From: Thermoplasmata archaeon
Lineage (GTDB): Archaea; Thermoplasmatota; SW-10-69-26; JACQPN01; JAJPHT01
Length of the DNA: 64,000 nt
Direction: 5' to 3'
Assembly: GCA_034667685.1 (NCBI GenBank)
Contig: JAXDQU010000008.1
Location: 24,212-88,211, forward strand
In this document: positions 57,876 through 64,000 of the stretch, piece by piece
Layout of the letters: each line of letters begins with the position of its first letter
How positions within the stretch are numbered: the stretch's first letter is position 1
Notes under the pieces: generated by a model
What the model was told of the DNA's origin: nothing
The model's database searches: none
Seen by the model: the letters and a program-made list of their open reading frames with translations, nothing else
Translations under genes and position numbers: made by a program

Positions 57876-58421
57876 ATGGCCTTTCTCGACAAGCTGATCG
57901 GCGGCAACAACGCCAACGGGCGCCGCCCCGCGGAGGGCGGCAACGACCGCACGTACATCGATCTCTCCGATTTCGCCGCCGCCGAGAAGACCGGCGAGGG
58001 CGCCGCCAGCACGTGGGTCCGCTTCGCGGAGCTTCGCGCGCTCGACGACCTCAAGCAGTTCTCGTCGTACGTCTACGACGGCAACCTGCTCATCCTGGAC
58101 TTCAGCAAGGTGCAGGGCGACGAGATCCTCCTGCGCCGCCTGACCAACGAGCTCCGCAAGCTCGCGCAGGACACTGGCGGCGACATCGCGGGCCTGGGCG
58201 ACCACCACATCCTCCTGACGCCCACCGGCGTGAAGGTCGACCGCAAGCGCCTCACCGCGACGAAGGGCGACGACGCCGAGCCGCAGCACGTGCCGCGGAC
58301 GTCCGCCTCCCCGCCCGCCGCCCCGGCGCCGGCCCCCCTGGTCGCTCCCGCTCCGGCGACGGCCAACGCGCCCCCGGCCCGGACGAATGGCGGCACGGGC
58401 CGCCGCATGGCGAACAAGTGA
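57876..58421 (+). CDS. sepF: cell-division protein SepF (DUF552) with a Pro/Ala-rich C-terminal tail
   Basis: SepF core YIDLSDFAAAEKTGEGAASTWVRFAELRALDDLKQFSSYVYDGNLLILDFSKV ... ILLTPTGVKVD; alternative upstream ATG at 57828. Confidence 0.7.
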   Translation: MAFLDKLIGGNNANGRRPAEGGNDRTYIDLSDFAAAEKTGEGAASTWVRFAELRALDDLKQFSSYVYDGNLLILDFSKVQGDEILLRRLTNELRKLAQDTGGDIAGLGDHHILLTPTGVKVDRKRLTATKGDDAEPQHVPRTSASPPAAPAPAPLVAPAPATANAPPARTNGGTGRRMANK

Positions 58422-58475
58422 GTCGGGTTTTTTGCGGTGCCCGGCGCCCGCGGGGCGTCGGCGCCCTTCATAATC

Positions 58476-58508
58476 TTTATAAACTAACCCTGGCTTTGGC
58501 CTTATAAA
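58476..58508 (+). promoter_or_regulatory. archaeal TATA-box promoter for the tbp tandem
   Basis: AT-rich island in GC-rich DNA with two TATA boxes (TTTATAAA at 58476-58483; TTATAAA at 58502-58508, about 27 nt upstream of ATG 58532, consistent with a leaderless transcript). Confidence 0.5.
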
Positions 58509-58531
58509 GCGGCCTCGGCCGGGTGAACCTC

Positions 58532-59077
58532 ATGGCGAAGATCAAGATCGAGAACGTCGTCGCGTCGACCTCCATCGGCACGGAGTTGGACTTGCAGTCC
58601 ATCGCCCTGGCGCTGGACAACGCGGAGTACGAGCCCGAGCAGTTCCCCGGCCTCGTCTGCCGCCTGAAGGACCCGAAGACGGCAGCGCTGCTCTTCCGCA
58701 GCGGCAAGGTCGTCTGCACCGGCGCGAAGTCCATCGACGCGGTGGGCAAGGCCGTCGACATCGTCACGGCCAAGATCGAGGCCAGCGGCGTGAAGGTCGA
58801 CCGCAACCCCGAGATCACCGTCCAGAACATCGTCGCCTCGGCCGACCTGCACAGCGAGCTGAACCTCAACGCCATCGCCATCGGCCTTGGCCTCGAGAAG
58901 GTGGAGTACGAGCCCGAGCAGTTCCCCGGCCTCGTCTACCGCCTGGACGACCCCAAGGTGGTCGTCCTCCTGTTCGGCTCGGGCAAGCTCGTCTGCACCG
59001 GCGCCCGCAAGCCTGAAGACGCGGAGCGCGCCGTCGACAAGATCACCGAAGAGCTCCAGGCGCTCGGGCTGCTCTGA
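58532..59077 (+). CDS. tbp: TATA-box-binding protein (TBP), copy 1
   Basis: canonical archaeal TBP N-terminus [12 protein letters not shown]; two TBP direct repeats (QNIVASADL..., PGLVYRL...). Confidence 0.9.
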   Translation: MAKIKIENVVASTSIGTELDLQSIALALDNAEYEPEQFPGLVCRLKDPKTAALLFRSGKVVCTGAKSIDAVGKAVDIVTAKIEASGVKVDRNPEITVQNIVASADLHSELNLNAIAIGLGLEKVEYEPEQFPGLVYRLDDPKVVVLLFGSGKLVCTGARKPEDAERAVDKITEELQALGLL

Positions 59078-59080
59078 ACC

Positions 59081-59626
59081 TTGGCGACCATCAAGATCGA
59101 GAACGTCGTGGCCTCCCTCTCCCTGGGCGTCCAGCTGGACCTCCAGGCGATCGCGCTGGCGCTCGACAACGCGGAGTATTCGCCCGAGCAGTTCCCCGGC
59201 CTCGTCTGCCGCCTGAAGGACCCGAAGACCGCGGCGCTGCTCTTCCGCAGCGGCAAGGTCGTCTGCACCGGCGCCAAGAGCATCGAGGCCGTCGGCCGCG
59301 CGGTCGACATCGTCACCTCGCGCATCGAGGCCAGCGGCGTCAAGGTCGACCGCAACCCCGTCATCACGGTCCAGAACATCGTCGCGTCCGCGGACCTCCA
59401 TGCCGAGCTGAACCTCAACGCCATCGCCATCGGCCTTGGCCTGGAGAAGGTCGAGTACGAGCCCGAGCAGTTCCCGGGCCTCGTCTACCGCATGGACGAT
59501 CCCAAGGTCGTCGTGCTCCTCTTCGGCAGCGGCAAGCTCGTCTGCACCGGCGCCAAGCGGCCCGAGGACGCGGAGCGCGCCGTGGACAAGATCACCGAGG
59601 AGCTCAAGGCGCTCGGGCTGCTCTAA
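59081..59626 (+). CDS. tbp: TATA-box-binding protein (TBP), copy 2 (tandem paralog)
   Basis: TTG start 3 nt after the copy-1 stop; about 85-90% identical to copy 1. Confidence 0.85.
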   Translation: MATIKIENVVASLSLGVQLDLQAIALALDNAEYSPEQFPGLVCRLKDPKTAALLFRSGKVVCTGAKSIEAVGRAVDIVTSRIEASGVKVDRNPVITVQNIVASADLHAELNLNAIAIGLGLEKVEYEPEQFPGLVYRMDDPKVVVLLFGSGKLVCTGAKRPEDAERAVDKITEELKALGLL

Positions 59627-59731
59627 GGCCCGAACCCTTCAGGGCCTCGAAGGTCGACGCCTCGACCGCCCCGGTTTTCCTCTTTTTCCCCGATGCGAAA
59701 GCACCATCCTTCGGACGACCCAAGGGGTCGT

Positions 59732-60127
59732 ATGCCCGAGATGGATGCCAGCCGCATCGAGCGCGCTTTGATCGCCGCCGAGAACGAGGACCCCGAAGCG
59801 CTGCGCGCGGTGCTCGCGCCGGCGCCGACGTGGCACACGCCCGCGCACAACGTGCTGGGCGGCGACCACATGGGGCGCGAGCAGGTGATCCAGTACGTGA
59901 AGGAGTCGCGCGCCCTCACCGCGGGCAGCCTCCACGTCGAGCCGGTGGGCCACGCGCGGGTGAAGGGCGACCACGGCACGCTCCAGGTGCGCGCGCACGC
60001 CCGCCGCGCGGGGCTCGCGCTCGACATCGACGAGGAAATCACGTTCCGGATCGAGGGCGGGCTCGTGGCCGAGCTCTGGACGAAGCCCGCCGACGTGGGC
60101 GCGTACGACCGCTTCTGGGCGCCGTAG
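59732..60127 (+). CDS. SnoaL-like / NTF2-like domain protein (hypothetical)
   Basis: size and pattern consistent with an NTF2-like fold; weakly supported. Confidence 0.45.
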   Translation: MPEMDASRIERALIAAENEDPEALRAVLAPAPTWHTPAHNVLGGDHMGREQVIQYVKESRALTAGSLHVEPVGHARVKGDHGTLQVRAHARRAGLALDIDEEITFRIEGGLVAELWTKPADVGAYDRFWAP

Positions 60128-60157
60128 CTTGATGCGGCCGGGGGGCGCTGCGCCCGC

Positions 60158-61090
60158 GTGCCCGCCATCGAGGCCGTGAACCTGCGCAAGTCCTTCGGCG
60201 ACGTGAAGGCCGTCGAGGACGTCTCGCTCCGCGTCGAGGAGGGCGAGATCTTCGGCCTGCTGGGGCCCAACGGCGCGGGCAAGACGACGACGGTCCGCAT
60301 GCTCGCGACGCTCCTGCGCCCCGACGCGGGCGAGGTGCGCATCCTGGGCATGGACCCGCAGCGGCAGCGCGCGGAGGTCCGCCGCGCGATGGGCCTCGCG
60401 CTCCAGGAGACGGGGCTCGACGACCTCGCCACCGGGCGCGAGCTGCTCACGCTCCACGCCAGGCTCTACGGCTTGAAGCGCGACGAGGCGCGCGAGCGGG
60501 CGGAGGAGCTGCTCAGGCACTTCGGGCTGGAGGAGGCCGCCGACCGGCGCGTCGGGGAATATTCCGGGGGCATGCGGCGCAAGATCGACCTCGCGAGCGC
60601 GCTGGTCCACCGGCCGCGCGTCCTCTTCCTCGACGAGCCCACCGTGGGCCTCGATCCTTCGGCGCGCGCCCAGCTCTGGGGCGCGGTGCGCCGGCTCAAC
60701 CGCGAGGAGGGGACGACGATCCTGCTCACGACGCACTACATGGAGGAGGCGGAGCGCCTCGCCGGTCGGCTCGCGGTCATCGCGCGCGGTCGCGTCATCA
60801 TGGAGGGCGATGCGGCGAGCCTGAAGGCGCGCGTCGCGAAGCGCGTCGTCACGCTCGCGCTCGACGCCGAGGAGGACGACCTGCCGCGGATCGCGCGGGC
60901 GCTCGCCGGCGTGCGCGGGGTCAAGCGCGCCTTGTCCACGCCCGATGGCGTCGTGCTGCACCTGGACGAGACCGCGCCGCGGACCGAGGAGCTGCGCGAG
61001 ATCGCGGCGAAGGAGACGCGCGTGCTGGGCGCCACCGCGGCCGAGCCGACGCTCGACGACCTCTTCACGAGCATGGAGGGATCGGCGTGA
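60158..61090 (+). CDS. ABC transporter ATP-binding protein (ABC-2 / DrrA-like)
   Basis: Walker A GPNGAGKTT, signature YSGGMRRK, Walker B VLFLDEPT. Confidence 0.9.
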   Translation: MPAIEAVNLRKSFGDVKAVEDVSLRVEEGEIFGLLGPNGAGKTTTVRMLATLLRPDAGEVRILGMDPQRQRAEVRRAMGLALQETGLDDLATGRELLTLHARLYGLKRDEARERAEELLRHFGLEEAADRRVGEYSGGMRRKIDLASALVHRPRVLFLDEPTVGLDPSARAQLWGAVRRLNREEGTTILLTTHYMEEAERLAGRLAVIARGRVIMEGDAASLKARVAKRVVTLALDAEEDDLPRIARALAGVRGVKRALSTPDGVVLHLDETAPRTEELREIAAKETRVLGATAAEPTLDDLFTSMEGSA

Positions 61091-61857
61091 GCGGGCTCGC
61101 CACGGCGACCGGAGAGCTGTTCCGCAAGACGCTGCGCCAGTTCCCGCGCGTCCCGCCTGATATCATCCAGGCGATCCTGATCCCGCTCTTCCTCTTCGCG
61201 CTCTTCTCGCTCCAGATGGCGAGCGTCGCGCGCCTGCCCGGCTTCCCCACCGGCAGCTACGCCGCGTTCCTCCTGCCGCAGATCATCACGTTCACCGCGT
61301 TCACGAGCGCCAACGGCGCCGGCTACGCGCTCGTCCTGGAGGCGCGCTCGGGCTACCTCGACAAGCTGCGCGCCATGCCGATCCCGCGCGCGAGCATCGT
61401 GCTGGGCCGCCTGCTCGCGGTGGGCCTGCGCGCCGCGCTCCAGGCGCTCCTGATCCTCGCCATCGCGTTCCCCTTCGGCATCCGCGTGGGCGAGGGTCTT
61501 CTCGGGGTGGTGGGCATCCTCCTGCTCGCGGCGTTCCTCGCCATCTGCTGGGCGGGCCTCGTCTCGACGCTGGGCCTGCTCACGCGCAGCCCCGAGGCGG
61601 TGGAGGCCTCGACGGTCCTCTTCATCCCCCTCGTGTACCTGACCACCGGCGCCATGCCGCTCTCGCTGATGAGCCCCGGCATCCAGCGCGTCGTCGCCGC
61701 GAACCCCGTCACGTACATCGTCGAAGCGGTGCGCGCGATGAGCCTCGCCACGGGCGACGCGCTCGCGATCCTCGTGGGCTTCGGCGCCGCGATCCTCCTC
61801 GCGCTGGCGGGGGTCGGCGCCGCGACGTGGGCGATGGCGCGGCTCGACCGCGCGTAA
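61087..61857 (+). CDS. ABC-2 family transporter permease
   Basis: ATGA overlap with the ATPase gene; six TM helices. Confidence 0.8.
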   Translation: MSGLATATGELFRKTLRQFPRVPPDIIQAILIPLFLFALFSLQMASVARLPGFPTGSYAAFLLPQIITFTAFTSANGAGYALVLEARSGYLDKLRAMPIPRASIVLGRLLAVGLRAALQALLILAIAFPFGIRVGEGLLGVVGILLLAAFLAICWAGLVSTLGLLTRSPEAVEASTVLFIPLVYLTTGAMPLSLMSPGIQRVVAANPVTYIVEAVRAMSLATGDALAILVGFGAAILLALAGVGAATWAMARLDRA

Positions 61858-62032
61858 GGTCCCGGATACGCCAAGATGCCAAGCGCGCCAAGCACGGTCT
61901 TGGCGCCTCTTGGAGAGACTTGGCGTCTTGGCGTACCGAGGCGCCGCCGTTCCGCAGAACTGTGCATCGGCATCGCGTTGGCGGAGAGTCTCACCGCAAC
62001 GCTCACGTAGGCCTCTCCATCACGCGCGCGCG

Positions 62033-62971
62033 ATGAGGGCCGTCCTCGCGCTCGCGCTGATGCTCCTGCTCGCGGGCTGCCTGAAGGCGCCCGGCGCGCA
62101 GCCCGAGCCCGTGAAGACCGCCGCGCTCGAGCCCGCGCTCAACCAGACCGGCGCGCTCGTCGTCACGACGCTGTTCATGGACCGCTCGCCGCTCGCCGAC
62201 GTGAACGTCACGGTGGGGAACCGCACCGCGCTCTCGGACGGCAACGGCGAGGCGCGCTTCGACGGCGTGCCCGCGGGCGCCTACAACGTCACCGCGAGCA
62301 AGGCCGCGCACCGCACCGCCATCGCGCAGGCGAGCGTCACGCCGGGCAACGCCACGAAGATCGAGATGCTCCTCGAAGCCGACGCGGGTTCGCAGCACAG
62401 CCACGCGCGCGGCCTCTTCGCGCACCGCGACCTCTACACGTTCGCGGGCCACTTCGACTGCTCCGCGACGTACGTCATCATCACCGGCGACTGCGAGATC
62501 CTCCTCCAGAACGCCACCGAGCAGGCCGGCCTTCCCCCGCCGCCCAACGCGACCGCCGCGAGGAACATCATCGACTTCCCCCTCGACGCCACGTGGGCCG
62601 AGCTCGTCGTCGAGATGAACTGGACCTCGCCCACCGTGGCGCTGGAGCAAGGGATGACCTTGGGCCTGGAGCCCGCGCAGGCGCCCGCCGACGGCCACGC
62701 CGCCAAGTACGCGCAGGCCCAGGGCGGCTCGCCGCTGCGCATCGACCTCAAGCCCGGCGTCAAGGACCCCACCGCCACCGCGCAGGACATGCCCAACCCC
62801 AACGGCGGCGAGGTCATCCGCGCCCGCGCGTTCGTCGAAGGCCTCGCCCACCACCCCGGCGGCACGGACTTCCTCGGGGTCGGCGCTGCGCAGGACCAGG
62901 AGTTCACGCTCCTCGTCTCCATCTTCTACGGCGAGCCCGCCCCCTCGGGCTACACCGCGGTGGCGAAATGA
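62033..62971 (+). CDS. lipoprotein with carboxypeptidase-regulatory-like (CarbopepD_reg) beta-sandwich domain
   Basis: lipobox LLLAGC; VNVTVGNRTALSDGNGEARFDGVPAGAYNVTASKAAH resembles a CarbopepD_reg domain. Confidence 0.6.
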   Translation: MRAVLALALMLLLAGCLKAPGAQPEPVKTAALEPALNQTGALVVTTLFMDRSPLADVNVTVGNRTALSDGNGEARFDGVPAGAYNVTASKAAHRTAIAQASVTPGNATKIEMLLEADAGSQHSHARGLFAHRDLYTFAGHFDCSATYVIITGDCEILLQNATEQAGLPPPPNATAARNIIDFPLDATWAELVVEMNWTSPTVALEQGMTLGLEPAQAPADGHAAKYAQAQGGSPLRIDLKPGVKDPTATAQDMPNPNGGEVIRARAFVEGLAHHPGGTDFLGVGAAQDQEFTLLVSIFYGEPAPSGYTAVAK

Positions 62972-63660
62972 GCCTCGCGGGCATCGTCCCCCTCGTCGCC
63001 GGCGTCCTCGCCGCCGCCTTCGCCGCCATGGTCTGGGGGCAATTCTCCGCGCGCCGCCGCCCCTACCAGCTCGCCTGGGCCCTCGGCCTCACCGCGTACA
63101 GCGCCGCGTCCTTCATCGAGGCCTACGTGGGAAGCGCGCCCTGGAGCGTCGCGCTCTTCCGCGTCTACTTTCCGCTCGCCGCCGCCACCGTCGGCCTGCT
63201 CGGGCTGGGCAGCGTGCTCCTCGCGCGCGTGAACCTGGGGACCGCGCTCTACGCCGCGCTCACGGGCCTCGCGGTCCTCGTCGCGCTCATGGGCCCCTTC
63301 GCCCTTTCGCTATCACCCGACACGACGGTCAAGCTCGCCGACGGCACGGTCACCACGCTGCGCGACGCCGGCCCCGCATTGGGCGCCGCCCCCGTGCCGC
63401 TGCCCAACCCCGGCCGCGTCGCGTTCCTCCTGCTCAACGTCGTGGGCGGGCTCGCGCTCATCGGCGGCGCGCTCTGGAGCTGGTGGCGCACCCGCCGCCT
63501 TGGCGTCCTTCTCATCGGCGTGGGCGCCATCCTCCCCTTCACGGGCGGAAGCCTCAGCGACCTCCTGCACCTCGATGTGCGCGTCGCGCTCCAGGCCGTC
63601 GGCATCGTCGTGATGTTCGTGGGCTACCTCCAGGGACGCGAGACGCCCCGAGCAGCCTGA
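62968..63660 (+). CDS. integral membrane protein (hypothetical)
   Basis: ATGA overlap with the upstream lipoprotein gene; about 6 TM helices. Confidence 0.6.
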   Translation: MSLAGIVPLVAGVLAAAFAAMVWGQFSARRRPYQLAWALGLTAYSAASFIEAYVGSAPWSVALFRVYFPLAAATVGLLGLGSVLLARVNLGTALYAALTGLAVLVALMGPFALSLSPDTTVKLADGTVTTLRDAGPALGAAPVPLPNPGRVAFLLLNVVGGLALIGGALWSWWRTRRLGVLLIGVGAILPFTGGSLSDLLHLDVRVALQAVGIVVMFVGYLQGRETPRAA

Positions 63661-63693
63661 CGCCGGCGACAAGCCCAAGCGCGGTGGCGCTGC

Positions 63694-63972
63694 TTGCCCC
63701 TCGTGGAAGGCCAACTCGAAGCGCGTCTCCAGGAGCTCGTCCTCGCCTTCACGCGCGCGCAGGCGAGGCCCGCCGGCGTCGCGCCCCTGCTCCGCGGGCA
63801 GCCCTTCTCGTACGCGCGCGACGACGAGCCCGACCTCGCCGGGTACTCGTGGCGCCCCTCCGACGCGCATCCCGGGGCCGAGTGGCTCGTCGTCGATCCC
63901 CATGGGCGCGTCGTCGCGCGGCTCCTGGCGCCCGCGCGCGCCGGCGACGCGTGGACCTATCGCCTCGGGTGA
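63694..63972 (+). CDS. small hypothetical protein
   Basis: ORF after the membrane-protein gene; weakly supported. Confidence 0.3.
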   Translation: MPLVEGQLEARLQELVLAFTRAQARPAGVAPLLRGQPFSYARDDEPDLAGYSWRPSDAHPGAEWLVVDPHGRVVARLLAPARAGDAWTYRLG

Positions 63973-64000
63973 GCCGAGATTCCATCTTGGACCACAACGC

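Overview
This 64 kb window is very GC-rich (about 70%) and is archaeal. The evidence is a tandem pair of TATA-box-binding protein genes, Hjc-type Holliday junction resolvase, archaeal-type SepF, ZPR1 zinc finger, TrmI and RNase J. The protein set is not acidic, so the host is not a haloarchaeon, and the window reads like chromosome rather than plasmid or virus. High GC produces long spurious ORFs in every frame, so genes were called by protein-like composition, signal peptides, TM segments and recognisable motifs.

Housekeeping content:
- two ClC chloride channels with CBS pairs
- GGPP synthase and RNase J
- a riboflavin-pathway reductase (RibD C-terminal domain / ArfC-like) and a creatininase-family (ArfB-like) enzyme
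- DEAD-box helicase and an ABC-F ATPase
- a PAS histidine kinase
- the pabB-pabC and purE-purK pairs
- aminopeptidase N and an APC permease
- an aspartate/alanine-type aminotransferase
- an ABC-2 exporter pair
- two tRNAs and a probable SRP (7S) RNA

Notable content:
1. An operon-like cluster at 32.2-34.8 kb: three small secreted disulfide-type peptides (two of them paralogs), a secreted zinc metalloprotease lipoprotein and two paralogous small membrane proteins. This is a candidate peptide-toxin or signalling system with processing and immunity functions.
2. Several families of near-perfect intergenic palindromic repeats (REP/MITE-like), one present in five copies.
3. A half-size deoxyhypusine hydroxylase homolog.
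4. Tandemly duplicated TBP genes behind a canonical TATA promoter.
5. Two adjacent giant surface proteins (parallel beta-helix plus PKD/cadherin-like repeats).
6. Membrane-tethered winged-helix regulators.
7. A tRNA with a duplicated 3' end.
8. A small lower-GC island.
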